Part shown: piece by piece, positions 1-14,900 of the stretch
How the letters are laid out: every line of letters begins with the position of its first letter
Position numbering within the stretch: the first letter of the stretch is position 1
Source of the DNA: Macrostomum lignano
Taxonomy: Eukaryota
Direction: 5' to 3'
Length of the DNA: 64,000 nucleotides
Assembly: GCA_002269645.1 (NCBI GenBank)
Contig: NIVC01000184.1
Location: 620,001 to 684,000, forward strand
Notes under the pieces: model-generated
The model's input: only the letters and a program-made list of their open reading frames with translations
The model's database searches: none
What the model was told of the DNA's origin: nothing
Program-made: the position numbers and the translations under genes

Positions 1-445
1 AGGGGGCTCACAACTTATAAAATAGGGAGTTTTGTGGTCAATTTTAATTTTTTAGTAATGAAAGCATTCTAGCGAAGGATTTCTATTCATTCTTATTCAT
101 CCTATTAAAGCATTTCTCGCGAGAGCCGAGACCCCACTGCCTCTTGGCGAACGACTAGCCTGAGCGGCCTAACCCGCGCCTGCTCAACCCCTTCTCATGC
201 CACTTCCGCAGGTCCCAGATCACATCCCGGATCAGGGGCGCCCAGGCTGGCATGAGATCACGAGAATATAAAATATAGAAGAATGGAAAAAAGTAAAAAA
301 AATATATATTGGAATGGCTTCGGGCCAGTCACGCACGCGACTGAGATGAGGCTGGCGACAAATTATATGCCTGACTTGCACTGCTCTGCTGGCACCCTTT
401 CACCTGCTGTTTGCTTCCCGTCGGCCTGCAGTGCCTGCCTGTCTC

Positions 446-1972
<1,527 letters not shown>

Positions 1973-2429
1973 AGCCTAAGAGCTGCTGCTCAACTGAAGC
2001 CACCAATCTGGTGACGCATGTCGTCTAATTAAAAAATCTGTTCATATTTTAATTGAACTTGCGCCGGCTGGAGAGCCTCCAGCACTTTCTTTCACGACGG
2101 CAATCATGAGATGGCCTTCGCCTCAGCCCCTCCAGCGCTCCGGAGTAGAGGGTGAAAGAAAATCATTTATGGGACAATAACGGCTACAACAAAGTAAAGC
2201 AAAGGCTGATGAAGCGCTGCATTTCCCTGGCTTCTTGTTTTCCACCTGTGCAGCGTTGAGCAGCTGAGCTAGGCTAGTGGGAAATTGAATTTCTTTTGAT
2301 CGCGACCTGAGCTGCATGTTAATGAAGACCTGCCAAGCGGCTTGATGTCTTCTCTCTCGCAGCGTCTCATCCCGATTTCTTTCGCATTCGGTCTCTTCTG
2401 CTGCCAGCTATGCTCGCTTTCATAAGAAA

Positions 2430-2975
2430 AGAGAAGCAGGGAGAAAGATAGAGGGAGTAATATACAGGGAGAGAGAAGCAGGGAGAGAGATGCAGGGAGT
2501 GAAAAGCAGGGAGAGAGAAGCATCCCTGCCGGGAGAGAGAAGCAGGGAGAGAGAAGCAGGGAAGCAGGGAGAGAGAAGCAGGGAAGCAGGGAGAGAGAAG
2601 CAGGGAGAGAGAATCCGGGAGAGAGAAGCAGGGAGAGAGAAGCAGGGAAGCAGGGAGAGAGAAGCAGGGAGAGAGAAGCAGGGAGAGAGAAGTAGGGAGA
2701 GAGAAGCAGAGAGAGAAACAGGTAGAGAGATGCAGGGAGTGAGAAGCAGGGAGAGAGAAGTAGGGAGAGAGAAGTAGGGAGAGAGAAGCAGGGAGAGAGA
2801 AGTAGGGAGTGAAAAGCAGGTAGAGAGATGCAGGGAGTGAGAAGCAGGGAAGCAGGGAGAGAGAAGCAGGGAGTGAGAAGCAGGGAGAGAGAAGCAGGGA
2901 GAGAGAAGCAGGGATTGAGAAGCAGGGATTGAGAAGCAGGGATTGAGAAGCAGGGAGTGAGAAGCAGGGAGAGAG
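2430..2975 (+). repeat. Purine-rich minisatellite (GAGAGAGAAGCAGG-type)
   Basis: Imperfect unit of about 16 bp repeated head to tail. Confidence 0.95.
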
Positions 2976-3224
2976 TACCCGGTAGTAGAGATTGCGAGAG
3001 AAGGCAGAAAGGCAGCGAGGGAGTGACTGAGTGAAAAAAAGGCCCTTGTCCTGAGAACTGAGAGCAAAGTGCGCGAGAACGCAAAAAGAAAGGGTAAATT
3101 TGGAGAAGAAAGGAAGCAAGCGCTCAGGGATGGTGGCGTTCTTGCTGGGTGAGGAGCAGGCAAGGGGATTAATTATCATTCGCATTGGCTGATGGGCGAA
3201 TTTAAAATAACTCTGAATGCTCAT

Positions 3225-4025
3225 CTGACCCTCATCTGCATCTACAACTTGCAATTCACCATCTGCAATCTTCCATTTACAATTTGCTTTCTGAAATCTA
3301 CCATTGCAATCTGCAATCTACGAGCTGAAATCTATCAATTACAATCTACCATCGGAAATCTGGAATCTACATTATAAAATCTATCATCTAAAATCTGCAA
3401 TCTGCAATCTACCATCTATAATCTGCCATCTGCCATCTACAATCTACTATCTAAAATCTACCATCTATAATCTGCCATCTGCAATCTACAATTTAAAACC
3501 ATCTGCAATCTACAATTTAAAACCATCTGCAATCTACAATTTAAAACCATCTGCAATCTACAATTTAAAACCATCTGCAATCTACTATCTAAAATCTACC
3601 ATCTGCAATCTACTATCTAAAATCTACCATCTGCAATCTACTATCTAAAATCTACCATCTGCAATCTACTATCTAAAATCTACCATCTGCAATCTGCCAT
3701 CTGCAATCTACAATTTAAAACCATCTGCAATCTACAATTTAAAATCTGCAATCTACAATCTATAATCTGAAATTTACCATCTACAAACTGCCATCTGCAA
3801 TCTACAATCTGAAATCTACCATCTGCAATCTGCCATCTACAATCTACCATCTGCAATCGGCCATCTACAATCTTCCATCTGCAATCTGCCATCTGCAATC
3901 TTCCATCTGCAATCTGCCATCTACAATCTTCCATCTGCAATCTGCCATCTACATCTGCAATCTACCATCTGCAGTCTACCATCTGCAATCTACCATCTGC
4001 AGTCTACCATCTGCAATCTACAACC
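3225..4025 (+). repeat. Minisatellite ATCTACCATCTGCA (14 bp, 7-bp subunits)
   Basis: Directly visible; the same unit recurs at 6930-7265. Confidence 0.95.
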
Positions 4026-4404
4026 TGAACCATCTAAGGCAAGCTCTCGAGCTTTTAGAGCAGCCATCAGGAATTTGAAGATCAATTCCATTGGCTATGC
4101 AAAGAATTCACAGCACTAAAAGGGTTTGTTAAAGTGCAGTACAGGTCATCTCAGCAATATCGTAGTGTGCTCATTTCCATTTGGACCAATTCAACCAGAG
4201 TGCTCCCGCGCGGGATTAGGAGTTGTTGCTAGGCCTGCAGACAGGGAACTTCTCTCAACAGAAATCGATGCACCAGAATCAGGCGGCAAGGCCATTCTCT
4301 TACAGTGTGGAGTTGGCAGCAATAATTTCTAGCTTCGATTAATTCTATGAATTTACTTTTTTCGGGACCGCCATTGATTTTGCCAATGCCAGATGCTGTG
4401 AAGG

Positions 4405-5220
4405 CTGTGGATTGCCAGTCTATGACCAGTATGGGCTGTGGATTGCTAGTCTATGACCAGTATGGGCTGTGGATTGCTAGTCTAGTCTATGACCAGTATG
4501 GGCTGTGGATTGCCAGTCTATGACCAGTATGGGCTGTGGATTGCTAGTCTATGACCAGTATGGGCTGTGGATTGCCAGTCTATGACCAGTATGGGCTGTG
4601 GATTGCTAGTCTATGACCAGTATGGGCTGTGGATTGCCAGTCTATGACCAGTATGGGCTGTGGATTGCCAGTCTATGACCAGTATGGGCTGTGGATTGCT
4701 AGTCTATGGCCAGTATGGGCTGTGGATTGCTAGTCTATGACCAGTATGGGCTGTGGATTGCTAGTCTATGACCAGTATGGGCTGTGGATTGCTAGTCTAG
4801 TCTATGACCAGTATGGGCTGTGGATTGCTAGTCTAGTCTATGACCAGTATGGGCTGTGGATTGCTAGTCTAGTCTATGACCAGTATGGGCTGTGGATTGC
4901 TAGTCTAGTCTATGACCAGTATGGGCTGTGGAATGCTAGTCTAGTCTATGACCAGTATGGGCTGTGGATTGCTAGTCTAGTCTATGACCAGTATGGGCTG
5001 TGGATTGCTAGTCTATGACCAGTATGGGCTGTGGATTGCTAGTCTATGACCAGTATGGGCTGTGGATTGCTAGTCTATGACCAGTATGGACTGTGGATTG
5101 CTAGTCTAGTCTATGACCAGTATGGGCTGTGGATTGCTAGTCTAGTCTATGACCAGTATGGGCTGTGGATTGCTAGTCTAGTCTATGACCAGTATGGGCT
5201 GTGGATTGCTAGTCTATGGC
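4405..5220 (+). repeat. 31/36-bp minisatellite AGTCTATGACCAGTATGGGCTGTGGATTGCT
   Basis: About 25 copies; the 36-bp variant carries an extra AGTCT. Confidence 0.97.
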
Positions 5221-5544
5221 CAGTTCTGATATCGGGTCTTGCTAGTGCACGATTTAATTACAAAAACATTGTTGCAATTCGGATTTTGTCACAGAGAATC
5301 GCACTACCCTGGAAAAAATGTACCAATTTTGGCAATTAAAAAATTTGTCAAAGCACCAAGTTTTTTCTACTGGCAATCAAAATAATAGTTGCTGCATCTA
5401 GCAGAGCTGGTTGGGGGTCTAAGTAATTGGTTTTTTGTCAATTTTTGGACAGATTGCAGTCGATGGGAGAGAGAATGCAGAAGGTTACAAAAGGTTAAAC
5501 ATGAAGGAATATTACGAGCGTAGCTGTGGATTATGATAAAATTG

Positions 5545-6345
5545 ACGTAGATTAAGAGAATATGGATGTGCATTATGATAATATAGATGTGGATTAAGAG
5601 AATATAGATGTGGATTAGGAGAATATAGATGTGGATTAGGAGAATACAGATGTGGATTAGGAGAATATAGATGTGGATTAGGAGAATACAGATGTGGATT
5701 AGGAGAATACAGATGTGGATTAGGAGAATACAGATGTGGATTAGGAGAATACAGATGTGGATTAGGAGAATATAGATGTGGATTAGGAGAATATAGATGT
5801 GGATTAGGAGAATACAGATGTGGATTAGGAGAATATAGATGTGGATTAGGAGAATACAGATGTGGATTAGAAGAATACAAATGTGGATTAGGAGAATACA
5901 GATGTGGATTAGGAGAATATAGATGTGGATTAGGAGAATATAGATGTGGATTAGGAGAATATAGATGTGGATTAGGAGAATACAGATGTGGATTAGGAGA
6001 ATATAGATGTGGATTAGGAGAATATAGATGTGGATTAGGAGAATACAGATGTGGATTAGGAGAATACAGATGTGGATTAGGAGAATACAGATGTGGATTA
6101 GGAGAATATAGATGTGGATTAGGAGAATATAGATGTGGATTAGGAGAATATAGATGTGGATTAGGAGAATACAGATTTGGATTAGGAGAATATAGATGTG
6201 GATTAAGAGAATATAGATGTGGATTAGGAGAATATAGATGTGGATTAGGAGAATACAGATTTGGATTAAGAGAATATATATGGGGATTAAGAGCATTCAG
6301 ATGTGGATTAAGAGAATATTGAAGTGGATTAAGCGAATATAGATG
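5545..6345 (+). repeat. 21-bp minisatellite GATGTGGATTAGGAGAATAYA
   Basis: Near-perfect core with degenerate ends; source of the LLIHIYI ORF. Confidence 0.98.
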
Positions 6346-6929
6346 GGAATTTTTTAGTATATTTAGATTAGGGAAATAATGAATAAAAATAGCCTATTTA
6401 ACTGTGGTATACTCATCTCGACTCGCAATGCGCGAAAAATGGAAGAAATTTTCTACGCCAAATCTGCACTCAGCGCCCACGCTTAGCTTAGCAGCAGATT
6501 ATCTTTTTTCCGCATCAGAAATCTCTCTTCCTGAGCCGGGATCTCAACCCTCGATTTACCCCCCCCCCCTGCAGTCCGGGTTGTGGGTGCTGCGGGGCCG
6601 TTTTTGTAGCCTAATAAGCAGGTACACAGCAGATCGACAACTTGTAGTCATCGAGGCATTCAATGCGATAGTGGCACAGACAATCAGGGATATAGGATTT
6701 CGCTAATCCCTAATAAGTCCCTCCCCCCGATTTGAATAATCAGATTTATACATAATTTATGGAATACTTATGGTTGCTTCTTAGTGCAATACATGTATCA
6801 ATAGTTTTGGTGCTTTAAGGCAGAACTTGGAACTGAGTATGAAAGTGAGCGGGATCTAGAAACAGCTGATTAGGGTTGTCATGCCCTGTAATCTGCCAAA
6901 CACCCACGATCAAGTATTGCAAATTTAAA

Positions 6930-7265
6930 ATCTGCAGTCTACCATCTGCAGTCTACCATCTGCAGTCTACCATCTGCAGTCTACCATCTGCAATCTGCCA
7001 TCTGCAATCTACCATCTGCAATCTACCATCTGCAGTCTACCATCTGCAGTCTACCATCTGCAATCTACCATCTGCAGTCTACCATCTGCTATCTACCATC
7101 TTCCGTCTACCATCTGCAGTCTACCATCTGCAATGTACCATCTGCAATCTGCCATCTGCAATCTGCCATCTGCAGTCTACCATCTGCAATCTACCATCTG
7201 CATTCTACCATCTGCAGTCTACCATCTGCATTCTACCATCTGCAATCTACCATCTTCAATCTGCC
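6930..7265 (+). repeat. Second ATCTACCATCTGCA / GTCTACCATCTGCA 14-bp array
   Basis: Same unit and orientation as 3225-4025. Confidence 0.95.
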
Positions 7266-7759
7266 AAGTTTCATCAACAAGGCTCAATAGTCATGGCACT
7301 TCATTATCAGCTGTCAGAGAATGAGGAGGGATTAAGCAGGGCCCGAGCCGATCAGTCTATGCAGATCCCACTCGCCATATTTCGGTTATCCCCAGATCCC
7401 TAGTAACCAACCCTGAGGTGCATAATGCCTTTAGTCTCCATAAAAAGTAGACACTCCCATGCAAGGCTTCTTTGAGAAGGTCGGCTGGTGATTTCCTCAT
7501 CTGAGCTGGGAACAGAGATTAAGCGCAGGAGAATGCCAAAGACAGGAACCATATTTAAATATAATAGGCGGCAATGGGGCGACCAGGATCCTATTTTAAG
7601 CTGGGCCTGCCACTGTCGCACTGCGCATCCGGTGGGAGCCGCGGCGTTGCTTGAATAAAGCCAGAATTAGCACGGCACATTATTGAGCTGAATGAGGCTC
7701 GTCTATTGACTGCTTTGATTGGCGGCTTGATCCACGCAGGGCTTCGCGGAAATAGTGAT

Positions 7760-8060
<301 letters not shown>

Positions 8061-8589
8061 TGATTGATGATGTGCAGATCATGCCACCCGAAAGTGCTTC
8101 AATTATTTGCTTATGAATTCCACGCGGCCAGCTTGGAATTTCCGCTTCCGCAAACCATCAGCCTGAACAGCTTTGATGGAGCACATGCACAATCAAGCCA
8201 AAATCAATTTTAACATCAACAAGTGCAGTCGAACTTACTGTCCGATGGTGGCTGCATTTTTATATTGTGCGGTTAAAAAAACAAATTCGAAAAAAATTGT
8301 TCACGGCTATGCAGGGCAGATTTTTAAATCGCTTGGATGCAGACTTTGCAACAATCGACCCCGAGCGTGCAGCTATAAGCCAGCTAAATTACCGGATGAC
8401 AGAGAGCCAATGATGACCTGGCCTGCCGCCCATGAGAGCTCATTGGATTTTACCACAGTCAAACATCCGTAGATTTGTTTTTATGAAAGCCCAGATAAAT
8501 TTTTGCTTTTGAATCACTTCGATTTATTCAGTGTACATGCAACCAATCTCATTTTGTACTTTTAATTTGCTCTCACTAATTTGTGTGGG

Positions 8590-9250
8590 TTCCAAGCTAG
8601 AATGTACTTTTTGGCTGCTCTCACCAATGTACACTGATGAACATGGGTTTCCACTAGAATCCAATCTAGAATGTACTTTTTGGCTGCTCTCACCAATGTA
8701 CACTGATGAACATGGGTTTCCACAAGAATCCAATCTAGAATGTACTTTTAGGCTGCTCTCACCAATGAACACTGATGAACATGGGTTTCCACAAGAATCC
8801 AATCTAGAATGTACTTTTTGGCTGCTCTCACCAATGTACACTGATGAACATGGGTTTCCACAAGAATCCAATCTAGAATGTACTTTTAGGCTGCTCTCAC
8901 CGATGCCCACTGATGAACATGGGTTTCCACAAGAATCCAATCTAGAATGTACTTTTAGGCTGCTCTCACCAATGAACACTGATGAACATGGGTTTCCACA
9001 ATAATCCAATCTAGAATGTACTTTTTGGCTGCTCTCACCAATGTACACTGATGAACATGGGTTTCCACTAGAATCCAATCTAGAATGTACTTTTAGGCTG
9101 CTCTCACCAATGCCCACTGATGAACATGGGTTTCCACAAGAATCCAATCTAGAATGTACTTTTAGGCTGCTCTCACCAATGAACACTGATGAACATGGGT
9201 TTCCACAAGAATCCAATCTAGAATGTACTTTTAGGCTGCTCTCACCGATG
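8590..9250 (+). repeat. 69-bp tandem repeat, about 10 copies
   Basis: ACATGGGTTT at 8641 and 8710 gives a period of 69. Copies are head to tail with no spacers. Confidence 0.97.
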
Positions 9251-10104
9251 TCTAAGACAAACAATAAAGAATTAAAAGACTAAAGCTCTTTACGGAGCAG
9301 CTGTTGTTGTCACTAAAGCACACACAATAAGATGCAGTGTTACATTAAGAAAAATGCATCAGCCATATTACTGTGAAATTACTTTTTATTTAAATAATAA
9401 TAATAATAATTAGTTTAATCAATTAAAAACGAGTTTATTATCTACGCGAAATCGATAAATACAGTAATTATCAGAACACCAAGCGAGATACAGACTAATT
9501 AATGGTGAAATTATGATCGAGCTGCAAAAAGAATCAATTCAAAATCGAGACAGTACAAACTAAAATCCACACAAAAGTACATAAAAACCAAGGTGATTAA
9601 ACAGAAATCACAAAGCCCAATTTTGCAGAAGAGCCTTATAGACCTGGCCTTATAGACCAGGAACCAAAACAATTAAAAAATGTTTTATTAATAAGGCATT
9701 AGAAGAAATCTAAACAAAAAATTATTAACTAACAAGTTAATAATTGAATTTTGATAAAAATTTTGGTAGTTAAAAGACTTCAACATTCAAGTGAGCACGG
9801 CACACAGAAAAAATAAAAGTACATATTGCATCCGCAAAATATTTAGAATGCAGCAAAATTTTTTTACGCTGGGACCTGTTGGCAGAAACATTTTCCGGCT
9901 GACAAAAAGTATGAGTAACATTGGCACAAACAACACCAACACAATTTGCAGTAAACACGATTGAAACTTTTTTAGTTAATATTCTAGGCGGGTATTAAAT
10001 ATGACAGGTTTTTTCTGCACTGCTTGCATAGATTGTAACAGTTGTTCACGGCTCAGCCCTGCTCTGCAGATGAGAAGAATGATGGGAACCTGGGTGGGTT
10101 AGGC

Positions 10105-10281
10105 AGACCCAGACAGACGGACAGACAGACAGACAGACAGAAAAAAGACAAGCTAGGACAAACAGACAGATAAACAGGCCGACAGACAGACCGACAGACA
10201 GACAAATAGACACTAAGACAAGCTAGGACGAACAGACAGATATAAAAAGACAAACGGATACACAGACAGACATCCAGATAA

Positions 10282-10328
<47 letters not shown>

Positions 10329-10403
10329 CAGACAGACAAACAGACGGACAGACATCCAGATAAACAGACAGACAGACAGACAGATAGACAGATAGACAGA
10401 CAC

Positions 10404-10439
<36 letters not shown>

Positions 10440-10535
10440 GCGGACAGACATCCAGATAAACAGACAGACACACAGACAGACAGACAGACAAACAGGCGGA
10501 CAGACATCCAGATAAACAGACAGACAGACAGACGA

Positions 10536-10594
<59 letters not shown>

Positions 10595-10602
10595 TCCAGT
10601 GT

Positions 10603-10635
<33 letters not shown>

Positions 10636-10730
10636 GCGGACAGACATCCAGATAAACAGACAGACAGACAGACGAACAGACAGACAGACAGACAGACAGA
10701 CATCCAGTGTGACAGACAAACAGACAGAAA
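10105..10730 (+). repeat. Degenerate (CAGA)n array with CATCCAGATAAA higher-order units
   Basis: Directly visible. Confidence 0.95.
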
Positions 10731-11908
10731 GGAGTAAAATTAGACTGGAATTCTGTACGAGAGATAAATATTCGGCAATCCAACAGGGCCAAGAGCACTA
10801 CAATTTGCAGACCTAAATAACCAAGCTTCCACATGCCCGCCTCTTCAGTTTAGGCAGTGGATAAAGGTAAAACAAAAAACGCACGCACACACAAAACAGA
10901 TTCGGACAGAGAGGCCTCCGTTCCGCATCCGCGATTCGGGTCCGGACAAGGACATACAGCTATAGCCTGTTGAAGCAGGATGCAAAATGAAAACAAGAAA
11001 TTAGACATGCACTTGATCTAAGCCAGGCATGAGAGCTACTAATGAACAAACAATCCACCATAAAAACAACACATAAACAAAATGTTTTACAAACGAATTT
11101 CACAGCTACCAATATATTGAAAATTAAATAGAGCTAAATGACTAATAGTGTAATATAATTATTATAGTTATAAATTATAAAAAGCTAAAAAGTAAAATTA
11201 TTGGTGACCAGATCGTCAATTAAAAAAATGGTGTCAAATTGTAAATCAAAATCAATGAGGTGCACAACAGCTATGAGTAAAAGATTTGTAACTAAAATGA
11301 TAATTATAGTGATTGTTCATGGATATTAGCAATCAATTTCAATATCTAACAATTAAAAAATACACAAAATTGACTAGCATCAATTCTTATTTATTGGAAA
11401 ATTCCTCAGTGCGGTAATCAAAGTTAAACGGAGCAAACATTGCTACTAGCCTACTAACAAGTAGAGCAGTTGAAACACGAGAAACTAAAACAATCAAAGG
11501 ACCTACAAGAGATAAGTTGGCTGTTCGCATTCATTTATGGCCTACCTGACTTAGTTTTTAAAAAACTTATTGAGCTTAGATTAAACAGCGGTAATAGAAA
11601 GGGTGACAGGGTGTGCCGCGGTGCACATAATTAGCATATTATAATCAAGTGTAAACCACCAGCTTATAGCTGGCGAAAAAAGAAATGTTCCCACATAAAA
11701 CACTGATATTTAATACCCAAGGCTACGCCCTAAGACTGGAAAATAAACAAAAACGACCTTCAACTATTCAATTAACTTGAAGTCTCGGGCACGTAAATGA
11801 AAAGTAGGAACTAAAATGTTTGTCACGTGATTCGGAGATTGCACAAGCCTAATTCTGTTAAACATTTTTAGTCATATAACTTGTCATTATTGTTAACTAA
11901 CTAATAAG

Positions 11909-14900
11909 TTAACATGCTGGCAGCAGAAATGACAGGGCTGAAGCAACAAGAACGGCAGCGGAAATTGCGGCTCGATTATCAGCTGACGAAACAGAATTCG
12001 CACCGGAGGTCAGTACATCGTCTTCTGGAAATTTTTGTTTGAAGTTGATGGCCTTACTGACGTAAGAAATTGAAGCTCACGATGGACACCCCAGGTGAAC
12101 CAGGTGAATACAGACACGCAATGGACACCCCAGGTGAACCAGGTGAATACAGACACGCAATGGACACCCCAGGTGAACCAGGTGAATACAGACACGCAAT
12201 GGACACCCCAGGTGAACCAGGTGAATACAGACACGCAATGGACACCCCATGATGCAGGCCGATAGACACACAATGGACACCCCATGATACAGGCCGATAG
12301 ACACACAATGGACACCCCAGGTGAATACACACACGCACAATGGACACCCCAGGTGAATACAGACACGCACAATGGACACCCCAGGTGAATACACACACGC
12401 ACAATGGACACCCCAGGTGAATACAGACACGCACAATGGACACCCCAGGTGAATACAGACACACACAATGGACACCCCAGGTGAAAACAGACACACACAA
12501 TGGACACCTCAGGTGAATACAGACGCACAATGAACACCCCAGGTGAATACAGACACGCACAATGGACACCCCAGGTGAATACAGACACGCACAATGGACA
12601 CCCCAGGTGAATACACACACGCACAATGGACACCCCAGGTGAATACAGACACGCACAATGGACACCTCAGGTGAATACAGACACACACAATGGGCACCCC
12701 AGGTGAATACAGACACACACAATGGACACCTCAGGTGAATACAGACACACAATGAACACCCCAGGTGAATACAGACACGCACAATGGACACCCCAGGTGA
12801 ATACAGACACACACAATGGACACCCCAGGTGAATACAGACACACACAATGGGCACCCCAGGTGAATACAGACACACACAATGGGCACCGCAGGTGAATAC
12901 AGACACACACAATGGGCACACTGGTCAGAATACACACACCTACAACAGAAACTCAGAACACGAACCAGATAAATGAGGTGCTTACCAACAGTGAATCCAA
13001 AAGTGCGCCTTGGCAGAGGCTGCCTAGCAAATACCGGTTCGGACACGTTAACACGAAAGGTCACTGACCTACTAGCGTGAACATAGTAAGCGGCTGGTAG
13101 TCTATAAACAAATTCCACCCAGTCACTAGCGGGATTAGCAGCGACGCTTCGACTATTTTTTATGACCAGACGCCAGCCAAAATCGGCTTCTAACAATGGA
13201 AGAAATCGATTATTAATACAAGCCGATTGAGCAGGCACAGATGGCGGATCCAGCATCTTATCAGGCCAATTCCATTGGTTATCAGCATTCATATTGTTTA
13301 ATAACAATCGCACAGAGTCCATAGGATAGGCGCAGGACACGCTGCCAACTGGGTAGAACTGCACAGAACTGCTCACGGTCCAGTAGGCAGTGAAGCCGGG
13401 CAGTGATAGCCACAGTCTGGGCACCGAGCAGGCCACTTCAACTGGCTGACCGTGTTTTACACGAATCTGACTGTCCGGCTGGTTGCACACCACGCTGGAG
13501 TTGGTCACGATGTCACGAGGCTGACGGTCGTCTAGTAGGCGAGCCTGGGCGCTCCAGAGGACTCGGTCTGGGTTGGTGGGGTGAGCAAACTGCAGACTGA
13601 GCTGGTCGGCGTGCAGACGGGGTGCGTTGCTGAGCACCACCTGCAGGTGGGGGAATGGGGGATGATTTCTTTAATCGATGGGTCATAGGAATCTATGAGG
13701 TCATCGATGGGTCATAGGAATCTATGAGGTCATCGATGGGTCATAGGAATCTATGAGGTCATCGATGGGTCATAGGAATCTATGAGGTCATCGATGGGTC
13801 ATAGGAATCTATGAGGTCATCGATGGGTCATAGGAATCTATGAGGTCATCGATGGGTCATAGGAATCTATGAGGTCATCGATGGGTCATACGAATCTATA
13901 ATGTCATCGTTGGGTCATAGAAATCTATAAGGTCATCGTTGGGTCATAGAAATCTATAAGGTCATCGATGGGTCATAGGAATCTATGAGGTCATCGATGG
14001 GTCATAGAAATCTATAAGGTCATCGATGGGTCATAGAAATCTATAAGGTCATCGATGGGTCATAGAAATCTATAAGGTCATCGATGGGTTATAGGAATCT
14101 ATGAGGTCATCGATGGGTCATAGGAATCTATGAGGTCATCGATGGGTCATAGAAATCTATGATCATTGTTGGGTCATACGAATCTAAGGTCATCGTCAGG
14201 TCATAGCTGATAAGTTGAATGTTGACACCCACCTGCTTATACAACTGAACATTCCACAGGCAGAAAACCTCTTGTTGACAAGAAACTTTATCGGCATTGG
14301 GGGACACAACCGAATAGCTTTGCAAACTCCGATTGCTAAATAATTGAGCAGTGAATGACAGATTAGCATAGTTGCTAATTAGCCGAACGGCCAATTCAAC
14401 GTATTGCGAGTTGATGCCATTGAATGTCACTTCCAGCTCGTTGCCAATCTTTGATACGTTCGTTTGGGAGCCAATCAGAACACTGGCATTGACGGAAATG
14501 TCTGCGGGAATACAAGTACATTTAAAGCAGTATATTCAGCCTCTAATTTAAACTTGTCTCTGATAAAGTACTTAATTATGACGAATTCGAATTCGAATAT
14601 AAGTACTTTTAGTTAGATGACGAATCGGGCTTTTGAATAAAGTACTTTTTAAGCGATGAACCCGGCCTTTAAATAAAAGTACTTTAACATGTCAAATTCA
14701 GCCTTCAACTAAGACTTTCGAGTGACGAATCCGGTCTTTAAATAAAAGTACTTTAAGCAACGCATTCGGCCTCTAAAAGTTTTAGCGGAAATTTGGAAAA
14801 CCAAAAATTAAACTTTTCGAAGGTAAAAACTTACTTTTAGCATACACCAGGAGCGGCTTAAACGCGCTATAGTCGGAATTGAACTGACAGCCATAATATC

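Noticed and set aside
8590-9250. CRISPR-like regular array (also 4405-5220, 40705-41680, 47640-49175)
   Set aside because: Units are head to tail with no unique spacers, there are no cas genes, and the context is a spliced eukaryotic locus.
12054-13640. 528-aa ORF as a single gene
   Set aside because: Only 13640-12986 is exonic; the frame runs through a GTAAG donor into the intronic minisatellite.
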